The notes below the pieces were generated by a model. That model was not told the DNA's origin, made no database searches, and worked only from the letters and a program-made list of their open reading frames with translations. The position numbers were made by a program, and so were the translations under genes. A stretch of DNA of 64,000 bases, from NCBI GenBank assembly GCA_963836235.1, contig CAWIIP010000004.1:640001-704000 (forward strand), written 5' to 3'. Source of the stretch: an uncultured Pseudomonadota bacterium. GTDB lineage: Bacteria > Oederibacteriota > Muellerivitia > Muellerivitales > Muellerivitaceae. Shown here one piece after another: positions 41,086-51,565 of this stretch (positions are counted from its first letter, which is position 1; each line of letters starts with the position of its first letter).

Positions 41086-43179
41086 TGAGTTGGCTCCTAC
41101 TTCTTCTCCAAACTTCGTTCCGGAACATTTTTTCTAGCTTCCTGAACATCATCATCGGCCTCATCATTTTGGCGGGCACCTTCTTTTTTGTGGTGGGCGG
41201 ATCGCTGGTGGACAGCATGGACAAAGCCATGAGCCGGAGCATCATCGGCTCGGTGGCGGGCCATGCCCAGGTTTACCAGGCTTCCTCCGCTGATTCCCCA
41301 GCCCTTTTTGAGAGCTGGCAGATCCCCGACCTGGACCCTATTCCCGACTTTTCCAAGATCAAAGGCCCCTTGATGTCCGATCCCAACGTCCAAGCCGTTG
41401 TGCCCGAGGGCATCAACACCGCCATCGTGGTTTACGGCAATACCATCGATCAAATCCTGGAAAAACTACGTAAGGCTGTTTCGCCGGGCACCAAACAGCC
41501 CAAAGAGGTTGTGGAAAGTTTGAAAGCCCACGTACGGCATATGGTTTCGGTCATCCAGACCGACATGGGCAAGGTCAGCCAAATCGCCTCTACCGGCGCT
41601 TTCGACCCGGACGCCAGCCAAAACCTGGTCAAGGCCTCCTCCGACGCCTTTTGGAACAGCTTCGACAAGGACCCTTTCAACCACCTGGAGTTTTTGGAAA
41701 ACAAGATCGCCTACCTTATCCCGGATTCGGATCAGATTTTCCTTTCCTATGTGGGCACGGACCTGGACGCCTTCGCCAAGTCATTCGACCGCATGCAGAT
41801 CGTCGATGGGCAGAGGGTGCCGCCGGGTCATCGGGGAATGCTTCTTTCCAAGTACGTGTATGAGGAAATGTTTAAGCTCAAGTCAGCCCACCGGCTGGAC
41901 CAAATCCATGAGGCCCTGACCGAAAAGAACAAGAAAATCGCAAAGGACCCTGATTTGCAGGACCTGGTAAAGCAAAATAAGCTCCAGACCCGCGAGATCG
42001 TGCTCCAACTCGACCCGCTTTCCAGCCAGAAGGCGGTAGCCATCTTGCAGTCTACGCTAGGTACGAAAGAAACCGACTTGCCCAAGCTTCTTTCCCAATT
42101 TTTCGATACCGACGACTCCGATTTTGAGGCTCGTTATAAGGTTTTCTATGACCAACTGGCGCCGCTGGTGGAGCTTTACCGTTTAAAACCCGGAGAGATG
42201 CTTACCATCAAGGCCTATACCAAGTCCGGCTCGGTGGATGCTGTCAACGTGAAGGTCTATGGCACCTTCCAGTTCAAGGGGTTGGAAAAGTCAGGCCTTG
42301 CGGGGGGCCTGAGCCTGATGGATCTGATGAGCTTCCGGGACCTTTATGGCTATGTGACGCCCGACAAGATGGCCGAAACCCAATCGTTGGAAAAGGCCGC
42401 GGGGGTCAAGTTCGTGTCCCGCGACCAAGCCGAGGCCGACCTTTTCGGGAGCGCCTCTTCCGACGTGGAGCAGGGCCAGCAGAAGGTTATTAACGACAAG
42501 GCGGAGATGGGCGGCGGGGCCAAGGTGCAGCGGGTGGACCTGACCCAGCAGGTTTACAGCCAGGATGAGATGGAGAAGGGCGTGGCCATGGGGGCCGCTA
42601 TCCTCCTCAAGGACCCGTCCCAACTGAAGGAAACCATGAAACGGCTCCAGGCCATCTGCGACCAAAACAAGCTGGGCCTCAAGGTCATCGATTGGCAGAA
42701 GGCGGCGGGCAACCTGGGCCAATTCGTCTTCGTGGCCAAGTTCATCCTCTACTTCGCCACCTTCATCATCTTCGTGGTGGCGCTGGTCATCATCAACAAC
42801 GCGGTGGTCATGGCCACCCTGCAGAGGGTCCGGGAAATCGGCACCATGCGGGCCATCGGGGCGCCCAAGGGATTCGTACTGGGCATGGTTCTCACCGAAA
42901 CGGTGGTGCTGGGGCTGGTCTTCGGCACGGCGGGCTCGGCCCTGGGGAGCGGTTTCGTCCTCTGGCTCAACCACGCGGGCATTCCGGCGGGTAATGAGTT
43001 CCTTGTATTTCTTCTTCTCGGGGCCGAGGCTTTATCCCTTCCTAAACGTGGGAAGCCTCATCGGGGCCTTCTTCGTGGTGGTCATCGTCACCTGCGTTTC
43101 GGCGCTTTACCCCGCCACCATGGCGACGAAGGTTTCGCCCATTGAGGCCATGGCTTCGACGAATAGGAATGGAAATTAA
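41085..43179 (+). CDS. FtsX/LolC-type ABC permease with large periplasmic insert; frameshift near 43001
   Basis: RVREIGTMRAIG motif; the expected C-terminus (LYFFFSGPRL...SPIEAM) continues in the 42994..43179 frame. Confidence 0.8.
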
Positions 43180-43212
43180 GAATAAAAAATTGATTTTATT
43201 GAGGAGTCTGAA

Positions 43213-44512
43213 ATGAAACAATTATTGCTCATCGCTTTTCGGAACCTTTTCAGCCACGGAAGCGAAGCCTTTTTTAGGCGGCGCCATCGCGGGGGTGACG
43301 GCCCTGTTGGTCTTCCTGGGGTGCCTCTCCTCGGGCGTCAAGCAGACCATGCTGGATGCGGCCAAGACCGTGGCCACCGGAGACCTGAACGTGGGCGGTT
43401 ATTACAAGGTGACGGCGGGCCAAAGCGCTCCGCTGGTGACCGACTATAAGAAAATTCAAACCCTCATCGAAAAGACCCTGCCGGACCTGGACTTCGTAAC
43501 CGCGCGGGGCCGGGGTTGGGCACGGCTGGTTTCCGACCAGGCCAGCATGCAGGTGGGTATTGCCGGGGTGGAGATGGATCATGAGCCGCGCCTGCCCCAG
43601 ATATTAAAGATGAAAGAGGGTAACCTGCAGGATTTGGCCAAACCAGGCAACATCCTCATCTTCGAAAGCCAGGCCAAGAAGCTGAAGGTGAAGACCGGCG
43701 ACAACATGGTCTTTTCCGTGCTCACCGACCGGGGCGTGAATAACACGGTGGATGTGCGGGTCTGTGGGGTGGCAGAAGACATGGGGCTTCTTACTTCCTG
43801 GAACGTCTTTTTACCCCAAGAGACCCTGAACCGGCTGGACCAGACCAACGATTCCACCACCGGCGCATTGCTCATTTACCTAAAGAACATGAAGCGCATC
43901 CCACAGGATATGGACCTGCTCCGCAAGACCCTGAAGGACGCGGGCTATACGGTAACCGACCGGGAGAGCAAGGCCTTCTGGATGAAGATGCAGGAAGTGA
44001 GTAAAGAAGAATGGACCGGCCAAAAACTGGATGTGACCACCTGGGATGACGAGATCAGTTATGTTACCTGGACGCTCCAGGCCATTGACGGCCTGAGCTT
44101 CCTTTTGACCTCCGTACTCCTGGTCATCATCGCGGTGGGCATCATGAACAGCCTCTGGATCGCCATCCGCGAGCGCACCCGGGAAATTGGTACATTACGC
44201 GCCATCGGCATGAGGCGGCATTTGGTAATGCTTATGTTCGTCTTGGAGGCCTTTTGCCTGGGGGTCTTAGGCACGGCGGCGGGGGCTTTTCTCGGAAGTC
44301 TGGGGGCAGTTTTCATGAACGCCCTGCATATTCCGGTGCCGGCAGGGGCCCAGTTTTTTACCATGTCCAGCACGCTCAAGTTCGCGCTGGTGCCATCCCG
44401 CATTTTCAGCGGGGCGGCGATTATTACCTTCTGTTGTACAGTCGTTTCGCTGATCCCGTCGTTTAAAGCCGCGCGGATGAGACCCGTCACGGCCATATCC
44501 CACGTCGGATGA
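43213..44512 (+). CDS. FtsX/LolE-type ABC permease; frameshift near 43260-43276
   Basis: N-terminus MKQLLLIAFRNL after a GAGGAG RBS; the body (LGGAIAG..., RERTREIGTLRAIG) is in another frame. Confidence 0.8.
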
Positions 44513-44521
44513 GGAGCCCCC

Positions 44522-45301
44522 ATGAACTTTAAGAAAACCATTCTTGTTTTGACCCTGGCTTTATGCCCGGGAGCCTTGCTGGCGGACACACTGACGAAAG
44601 ACCAGATGGTGGATGTGCTCAAAGGTATCGACCTGCGTATCCGAAGTGGGGGCGACTACAAGGCCCTGGTGTACCTGGAACAGCACCAAAAGGACAAGCC
44701 GGATATCGCCCAGGAAGCCCTGGTCTACCGACGGGACGCGGACCAAAAGCTGATGATCCTCTTCACCAAGCCCAAGACCGACGCGGGGAAGGGCTACCTG
44801 CGGGTAGACCGGAATCTCTGGTACTACGACCCCACGGTGGGGAAGTGGGAGCGCCGCACGGACCGCGAGCGCATCGGTGGATCGGACTCGGACCGAGAGG
44901 ACTTCGACCAGTCGGACTTGGCCAGCCAGTACGACCCGGCCTTCGTGGGTGAGGAGAAGTTGGGCACCTTCACGGTCTGGCACATCAAGTGCACGGTCAA
45001 GTCCGGCATCGACGTCGCCTATCCCTTGGTGGAGTTCTGGGTTGACGAGGCCACGGGCAATTACCTCAAGCGGCAGGATTTCGCCCTTTCGGGCCGCCTC
45101 ATGCGCACCAGCTACGACCCCAAGTGGGACAAACTCTATAGCGAGAGCAAGAAGGGGGACCAGTGGTTCCCGCATGAAATCCATATCTACGACGAGATCG
45201 ACAAATCCAATTCTACACTGGTCATCATCCAATCGGTGGACCTCTCGGCTCTGCCTGAGAATATCTTCACGAAGGCGTGGCTAGAAACCAAAAGCCGGTA
45301 G
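44522..45301 (+). CDS. Outer-membrane lipoprotein-sorting (LolA-like) periplasmic protein
   Basis: Signal peptide; GKGYLRVDRNLWYY, IGGSD..EDF and LPENIFTKAWLE; follows two FtsX permeases. Confidence 0.75.
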   Translation: MNFKKTILVLTLALCPGALLADTLTKDQMVDVLKGIDLRIRSGGDYKALVYLEQHQKDKPDIAQEALVYRRDADQKLMILFTKPKTDAGKGYLRVDRNLWYYDPTVGKWERRTDRERIGGSDSDREDFDQSDLASQYDPAFVGEEKLGTFTVWHIKCTVKSGIDVAYPLVEFWVDEATGNYLKRQDFALSGRLMRTSYDPKWDKLYSESKKGDQWFPHEIHIYDEIDKSNSTLVIIQSVDLSALPENIFTKAWLETKSR

Positions 45302-45357
45302 CAGCCATAAATTGGCTCAAATTTTTACCACTAACTCAAAAATAAAAGGAGAGTTTC

Positions 45358-46671
45358 TTGGGCTTGAACAGCGTTTATTCGCGTAAATTCGCGGCCAAGT
45401 TTTTTTTCGGGATGGTCCTAATGGGATTGTTTTGGCTGGCGGCGGGTTTTTGCCTGGCCCAAACCCGGCCCTCGGAAGCCGATATGTTTGGCGGGGGATC
45501 AGCCACTCCTTCACCCACGGCTTCTCCTTCCGCCTCCACTGGGGATGAAATGGCGGGGAAGCCCCATAACCTCATGAGCAGCGTCGAAGAAAATACCCAG
45601 ATCGGCGGAACCCTTTCCACCGAGGCGGATGCCTATCTCCAAAAGAACATCCCTCTCGACCAAGACGTGGTCAGCAACCCCAATATCCTCTTCCTCTACC
45701 TGGACTCGAAACTGGAGAACGACAGCCGGGTCTTCGCACGCATTCGGACCTTTTACGATCCCACGGGCATCTCCAGTGGCAACCCCACGGCCAGCAGTTA
45801 TACCAACCCCTATGGTTTCGGGAATGGCACCAGCGATAACCTATCCACCCAGCTCCAGGAACTGCGTATTTCGACCAATATCAGCCATGAAATCTTCTTC
45901 ACCATCGGACGGCAAAAGGTGAAATACGGCGCGGCCAAGTTCTTTAATCCCACCGACTTTCTCAATTCCCAGCCCTACGACTTCTTTCTTCCCTCCGACG
46001 AGCGCACGGGTGTCGATATGGTGAAGATGCAGATTCCATCGGGAACATCCAACCTCTACGTGGCTGGCCTCACGGGTAACCCTACCTATGGCAACCCGGC
46101 GGGGGGCTATTTCCGGGGCGAGGTGGGTTACGACAGCTTGGGCTTTTTGGAGAGCGGGGAATTTTCCATTTCCGGTTACCTGCCCAAGGGCCAATCGGGC
46201 CGAGGGGGATTCGACATATCCCAGGGGGTGGGCGACCTAGATGTTTATTTCGAGGGTGCGGCGGGGCAGAACTCCAGTGGTGGTTGGGAAGGGGCCTTTA
46301 GCACCGGTGCCGGTTGGGAAACCAAATATGGTGACCGGCAGACGGAAACCGTGACATTCGAGGCAGAATTCTCTGATTATCCAACCGTAAGCACGGGGTC
46401 CAGTTTCGAGACTTTTTCCGCGACCCAATTCGGGATTTTCGCCATCGACTTAGCCGGGCCCGGCGGATTGACGGACATCACTTTCGCGGAAACCAACCTT
46501 TACGACTTTAATGGCCAAAGCGGCTATTCGCGCCTGGATACGGTCTGCCAGTTCACGAACCGTATCAGCGGGCGGGTCTATATTTCGGCCCCCTGGGGAA
46601 GCACAGGAGGCACCTTCAACGAGGGCAGTCTCCTGGCCCAGACGGGTGCCCGGATGGACGTCAATTTTTAA
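45358..46671 (+). CDS. Putative outer-membrane beta-barrel, last gene of the ABC operon
   Basis: Signal peptide; IGRQKVKYG..FFNPTD motif; amphipathic strands; terminal Phe (DVNF). Confidence 0.6.
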   Translation: MGLNSVYSRKFAAKFFFGMVLMGLFWLAAGFCLAQTRPSEADMFGGGSATPSPTASPSASTGDEMAGKPHNLMSSVEENTQIGGTLSTEADAYLQKNIPLDQDVVSNPNILFLYLDSKLENDSRVFARIRTFYDPTGISSGNPTASSYTNPYGFGNGTSDNLSTQLQELRISTNISHEIFFTIGRQKVKYGAAKFFNPTDFLNSQPYDFFLPSDERTGVDMVKMQIPSGTSNLYVAGLTGNPTYGNPAGGYFRGEVGYDSLGFLESGEFSISGYLPKGQSGRGGFDISQGVGDLDVYFEGAAGQNSSGGWEGAFSTGAGWETKYGDRQTETVTFEAEFSDYPTVSTGSSFETFSATQFGIFAIDLAGPGGLTDITFAETNLYDFNGQSGYSRLDTVCQFTNRISGRVYISAPWGSTGGTFNEGSLLAQTGARMDVNF

Positions 46672-46764
46672 AGTACCCTTTTGAAGTGGTTTGGGTAATG
46701 GCAAAAATCAAACCTGGCCATCGTCATGTTTTGGCAAGTGTACAGTCTTCTAAGTTTTTTAAAC

Positions 46765-47952
46765 CTAAACCGCCTGCCCGGCGGCCCAGCCGGAAGACCA
46801 GGCCCATTGAAAATTGAAGCCGCCCAATTGTCCTGTCACGTCCAAAACCTCGCCGATGAAAAAGAGTCCCGGAACCTTCTTGGTTTCCATCGTTTCACGG
46901 GAAATTTCACGGGTGTCCACCCCTCCCCGGGTCACTTCCGCCATGCGGTAGCCGAAGGTGCCGGCGGGGGTAAAGCGGTAGGCGTGGATATCCTGGGCCA
47001 GGGCCATGAGGCGCTCGTCCGACAGGGCCGACCAGGCCCCCCGGGCCTCGGCGTTCCAGGCGATGCGATCGGCCAGGCGGCGGGGAATGCGCTCGGAAAA
47101 CCAGACGCGGAACTTGCCCCGGCCCCCGGCGGTCTTGTCCTTTTTCAATTTCTCGAAAGTGGACTCCACCGTGAATTCGGGTATCCAGTTGACGGTGATC
47201 TCCCGGCCCGGTTCCCAGTAAAGGGAAGCGTTGAGCATGACGGGGCCGCTGAGGCCCTGGTGGGTGATCATCAGGTCTTCTACCATATTCCAATCGCCGC
47301 AGGAAACCCCTACCCGCAGGTGGACGCCCGCCAGATCCTTGAAGCGTTCCATTTCCCTTTCGGGGAAGGTCAGGCCAACCAGGGCGGGGGAGGGCTCCAA
47401 AATTTTAAGATCGAACCGCTGGGCGATACGATAGCCCAAATCCGTCGCCCCCAGCTGGGGCCAGGACAAGCCGCCGGTGGCCACCACCAGCCTCGGGACC
47501 GAATAGGATTGCCCCTGGGCTTGGACGGTAAAGACCCCCTCGGCATGGGAAAATTCCTCCACCTTTTGCCCCAACAGCATCTGGACGCCCTTGGCCTGGG
47601 CCCGGGTGACCAGGAGGTCGATGATGGCCTTGGCGCTGTGGTCGCAGAACAACTGGCCGTCCTTTTTTTCGTGGTAGGGGATAGAGGCCGATTCGACCAA
47701 GGCGATGAAATCCTTCGGGGTGAATTTAGCGAAGGCGTGGTGGACGAAAGCGGGGTTGGAAGAGACGTAATTAGCCGGGGTGGCATGAAGGTTGGTGAAG
47801 TTACAGCGCCCGCCGCCGGACACGAGGATTTTGGGGGCGGCCTTTTGGCTTTGTTCCAGAATGAGGACCTTGCGGCCCCGGGCGGCGGCTTCGGAGGCGC
47901 ACATAAGGCCTGCCGCCCCGCCCCCGAGGACTATGACATCATAGGAGTTCAT
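46765..47952 (-). CDS. HI0933/YhiN/BaiN-family flavoprotein oxidoreductase
   Basis: GGGAAG, SGGGRCNFTN, ATGGLSWP, THQGLSGP, GEVLDVTGQLGGFNFQWAWSSG. Confidence 0.92.
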   Translation of the reverse strand: MNSYDVIVLGGGAAGLMCASEAAARGRKVLILEQSQKAAPKILVSGGGRCNFTNLHATPANYVSSNPAFVHHAFAKFTPKDFIALVESASIPYHEKKDGQLFCDHSAKAIIDLLVTRAQAKGVQMLLGQKVEEFSHAEGVFTVQAQGQSYSVPRLVVATGGLSWPQLGATDLGYRIAQRFDLKILEPSPALVGLTFPEREMERFKDLAGVHLRVGVSCGDWNMVEDLMITHQGLSGPVMLNASLYWEPGREITVNWIPEFTVESTFEKLKKDKTAGGRGKFRVWFSERIPRRLADRIAWNAEARGAWSALSDERLMALAQDIHAYRFTPAGTFGYRMAEVTRGGVDTREISRETMETKKVPGLFFIGEVLDVTGQLGGFNFQWAWSSGWAAGQAV

Positions 47953-48061
47953 GTGAATAGGATAACAGTCCTGGGTTTCGTAATTCACTCTCCAAATCAA
48001 AGAGGGATTAATGTTGCGAAGTATTGGAATAGTTCAAAGTAGGTTGTCTAATTTGATTCTT

Positions 48062-48877
48062 TTAACGCGTCTGAAGCCAATAAATAAATCCAAGCTGGGG
48101 ATAAAAAAGAACAGCAAGGCAACCCGCGCATAGAAATGGGCCGTAAGGCATAGGCGATTGCCGGCTTAAGCGGCCGGTTAGTTGAAGCGAAACGCCCAAA
48201 AGACCGCTGATGATCGATCCTATGAAAAGGCCGCCCATCGTCTGATCCCAACCCAAAACCATTCCGAGCGCAGCCATCAATTTGATGTCGCCTCCCCCTA
48301 GGGCATCCTTCTTTAAAATAAAGGTACCAAGCCATCCCATGCCATAAAGTACGCCACCGCCGACGAGAAAGCCGGTCAACATAGAGCCCGCGCGTTCCTT
48401 CCATCCAGTTCCTAACCAGGGATTGAAATAGGCGGTAAAACCAAAAAGAGCCATAGCCGGAAGGACAATCCGATCGGGAAGAGTCATGGTCCTGATGTCG
48501 ATCACGGATAAGAGAATGCAGAAAGAACCCACGCATAAGGCCCAAACCATTCGAAGGGGATCCGCCTGGAAGTGGAAAAAAACGAAGGAGAAATAAAACC
48601 CCGTTAAGGCTTCCACGACCGGGTACTGCCAGGAAATAGGATGGCCGCAATATCGGCACTGGCCTCTTAGAAACAAGTAACTCATAAGGGGGATATTATC
48701 CGACCATTTTAAAGGGGTTTTACATTCCGGACACCGGGATGCCGGTTTAACGATCGAGAGTCCCACGGGAAGCCGCAGAATGCAAACGTTTAAAAAGCTT
48801 CCAATGCAAAGACCCACAAAGAAAAAAGCTATGAAAGGCGAGAATTGAAAGAAGGATAAAATAATATTGGGGTACAT
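48062..48877 (-). CDS. pilD: Type IV prepilin peptidase / N-methyltransferase
   Basis: GSFLNV..RLP, two CxxC pairs, ID..TMTLPD, GGGDIKL, PYGPFL. Confidence 0.92.
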   Translation of the reverse strand: MYPNIILSFFQFSPFIAFFFVGLCIGSFLNVCILRLPVGLSIVKPASRCPECKTPLKWSDNIPLMSYLFLRGQCRYCGHPISWQYPVVEALTGFYFSFVFFHFQADPLRMVWALCVGSFCILLSVIDIRTMTLPDRIVLPAMALFGFTAYFNPWLGTGWKERAGSMLTGFLVGGGVLYGMGWLGTFILKKDALGGGDIKLMAALGMVLGWDQTMGGLFIGSIISGLLGVSLQLTGRLSRQSPMPYGPFLCAGCLAVLFYPQLGFIYWLQTR

Positions 48878-49179
48878 CGGACTCCCACCTATTTAGGGTG
48901 AAAAACTAGGCTTGGCTCGAATTAATTTTAAAGGACCACGACCTTTTAGAGTAAAAAAACACTTATCGGGATGATGACTGGTTGATATTAATTATAAGCT
49001 TTTTCTCTTTTCGATGAGTGTCGGGATAAATTTTGATTGCGTGGAGCGAGAAATTCATCGGCTTTTTTTCTTTTCATTTGAATTGGGGCGACTTTTACCA
49101 TGGCATATTTAGCGTGTTCCTCTGAAACGAAACAAGCTTAGTTGCTTTTAGTCCGTTTAGGGTTCGGGTTTAAGATGCT

Positions 49180-49212
49180 GAGTAAAAGTACCCCGACGGG
49201 TAAATTTGACCC
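49180..49212. promoter_or_regulatory. Tandem enhancer-like boxes (candidate bEBP binding sites)
   Basis: GAGTAAAAGTACCCC (49180-49194) and GGGTAAATTTGACCC (49198-49212), about 60 bp upstream of the sigma54 motif. Confidence 0.65.
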
Positions 49213-49270
49213 AGGGGCAAGCGGGAAGATGATCGATTTGACTAGGGTTGGAGTGGCTTTGCCAAGTATC

Positions 49271-49287
49271 TTGGCACAACCGTTGCT
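49271..49287 (+). promoter_or_regulatory. Sigma54 (-24/-12) promoter for the TonB receptor operon
   Basis: TTGGCACAACCGTTGCT; first 16 bp identical to the promoter at 35095-35110 (minus strand). Confidence 0.85.
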
Positions 49288-49367
49288 TTACTTTGTATTT
49301 ATTAATCACGTTGGAAAACTTGTTGCGGGATTTGATTCAAAGATAAGGGAAAAAGAGGTAAAAAGGA

Positions 49368-51542
49368 ATGGACATGAAACCTTTTTGGACAAGACAAAAA
49401 ATAGGACGAATCCTGAATTTTTGTTTTTTTTATATAGCCCTATTTTCCTTAGCGGAATTTTCCAGCGCAAAGGACTCAGATCTGCCAGCTGTTTCAACAG
49501 GGACCAAATCCCCGGAGATTAAAACCCAATCCGCTGTCATGACTGATTCTTCGAGCCCGGTTTCCCAAGACCTGACCCAAACGAGTTTGGAAAATCTCGC
49601 TGGGATGGATGTGATAGTCACGTCTTCCTCTAAAAAAGAGGAGAGTCTTCGGGACGCTACCTCCGCCATTTTTGTCATCACCCAAGAGGATATTCAACGT
49701 AGCGGCTTCCAGCGAGTTGCTGATCTCTTAAGGATGGTACCGGGAGTACAAGTGGCCAGCCAAAGCGCTGATGAATGGGCCATCAGTGCCAGGGGATTTA
49801 ATAGCCAATACAACAATAAAATGCTGGTTTTGGTTGACGGACGAAGTGTTTATGACCCCATCTTGGGTGGAGTCTATTGGAACCAACAAGATATACCCCT
49901 TGAGGATATTGATCGGATCGAGGTTATTCGTGGCCCTGGGGGAACTCTTTGGGGTTCCAACGCGGTTAACGGCATCGTCAATATCATCACGAAGGATTCC
50001 AAGGTGACCCAGGGTCTTTATGTGTCGGGCCTCGCGGGCAATTCCATTTATGGTTCAGGTAACTCCCGGTTTGGAGGCCAACTGGACGAGGGGTTATATT
50101 ACAGGGTCTATGGTCAGGTTACGGACCATGGCCCGGATCAGGATCCCAACGGTGGCAATTGGCACGACGCCTGGTATGACTTCCGGGCTGGCTTTCGTTC
50201 CGATCTGCACCGGGACCAGGATCAATTTACCTTTGAAGGGGAAGCTCAAAAAGGTTATTTCGATTATCACCGGATCCAGGATGGCCTCAATAATCCTGAG
50301 GTCAATCCCTTCACCCTTGTTTCCGCCGATGACATCAACACCCAAATCAACCATAATGCCCATGTACTTGCGAAATGGACCAGGAGCTTCCAGGATAATT
50401 CCGAACTGCAACTTTTGGGTTATTACGACTATGTCAACCTGACGACCGCCAATGACAACCGTATCACCAATACTGGAACAGCCGATGTCGAGTTCCAGCA
50501 CCGTTTCGGACTAGGGTCCTGGAATGAAATCACCTGGGGCGGTAGTTACCGGGATATCACGGTGGATTTGTATAATCCAACCAATTGGCTTTATGTCCCG
50601 GAAAACCAGAATCTCGATATTTACGGCGGATTTTTGCAGGACCGGTTGACCCTGGACGCCGACCGGCTGTATTTGACGGCAGGTGGCAAATTGGAAGACA
50701 ACCCCTACACGGGTGTAGAGTTCCAGCCTTCCAGTCGAATCTTGTGGAAGCCTAATGCGAAGGATAGTTTTTGGGCGGCGGTGTCGAGGGCGGTGCGGAT
50801 CCCCACCATCACCGCCGAGAGCGCCAATATTTTTTTGGTGGGAATTCCCGCTGGGCCAACTACTTATTTCGGGGGAGCCATTCCGAATCACAATTTGAAA
50901 TCGGAAACGGTGGTCTCCTATGAGCTGGGCTACCGCACCAACCCGACCAAGGAAACATCCTTGGATATCGCGACTTTTTACAACCATTATGAACAATTAA
51001 TTGCGTTCGGTTACCCTATGAACAATGTGGCGACGCCGGCCGGCGGATACTTCACAAATTCCTATGGTCCTTATAGTTTGCCCTTTTACCAGCAGCAAAA
51101 TCTAAACGAGGGTGATATTTACGGGGTAGAAGTCAGCGCTAAGTGGGATCCGGTTTCCAATGTTCATTTTGTTATGGGCTATACCTATCAAGGTTACGAC
51201 CAGGCTATGATCCGTGCCTCAAACACGGAGTTGGGAGCGGTTCCGCCGCATAATCTCCTCAACGGCTGTTTAACTGTTGAGCCCATCAAGGGGTGGGAAA
51301 TCAACGCGGCTGCCTATTTCACTGACGTCACCTTAACTTACGACCCTAATACAGTCATTACTCCGACCCCCGCCTACACCCGCCTTGATTTGGGAACGAC
51401 ATTTAAAGCCACTGACAGCCTGGAGTTGGCCCTTTGGGGGCAAAATTTGGAAGGAACCCATTCGGAAACCATCCAGACCTATGCCATTGCGCCGGTGAAT
51501 ATCCCGCCCAGTTTTTATGGTCAATTAACGCTGAAATATTAA
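49368..51542 (+). CDS. TonB-dependent receptor (YfiR-associated type)
   Basis: Plug motifs VITQEDIQRSG, LRMVPG, LVLVDGRSVY and IDRIEVIRGPG...NAVNG; C-terminal LTLKY. Confidence 0.92.
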   Translation: MDMKPFWTRQKIGRILNFCFFYIALFSLAEFSSAKDSDLPAVSTGTKSPEIKTQSAVMTDSSSPVSQDLTQTSLENLAGMDVIVTSSSKKEESLRDATSAIFVITQEDIQRSGFQRVADLLRMVPGVQVASQSADEWAISARGFNSQYNNKMLVLVDGRSVYDPILGGVYWNQQDIPLEDIDRIEVIRGPGGTLWGSNAVNGIVNIITKDSKVTQGLYVSGLAGNSIYGSGNSRFGGQLDEGLYYRVYGQVTDHGPDQDPNGGNWHDAWYDFRAGFRSDLHRDQDQFTFEGEAQKGYFDYHRIQDGLNNPEVNPFTLVSADDINTQINHNAHVLAKWTRSFQDNSELQLLGYYDYVNLTTANDNRITNTGTADVEFQHRFGLGSWNEITWGGSYRDITVDLYNPTNWLYVPENQNLDIYGGFLQDRLTLDADRLYLTAGGKLEDNPYTGVEFQPSSRILWKPNAKDSFWAAVSRAVRIPTITAESANIFLVGIPAGPTTYFGGAIPNHNLKSETVVSYELGYRTNPTKETSLDIATFYNHYEQLIAFGYPMNNVATPAGGYFTNSYGPYSLPFYQQQNLNEGDIYGVEVSAKWDPVSNVHFVMGYTYQGYDQAMIRASNTELGAVPPHNLLNGCLTVEPIKGWEINAAAYFTDVTLTYDPNTVITPTPAYTRLDLGTTFKATDSLELALWGQNLEGTHSETIQTYAIAPVNIPPSFYGQLTLKY

Positions 51543-51565
51543 GAAATAAAAAGAGAGTTAGAAAA

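Noticed and set aside
46726-48042. 438-aa plus-strand ORF
   Set aside because: Antisense shadow of the motif-rich HI0933 gene in GC-rich DNA; no recognisable motifs.
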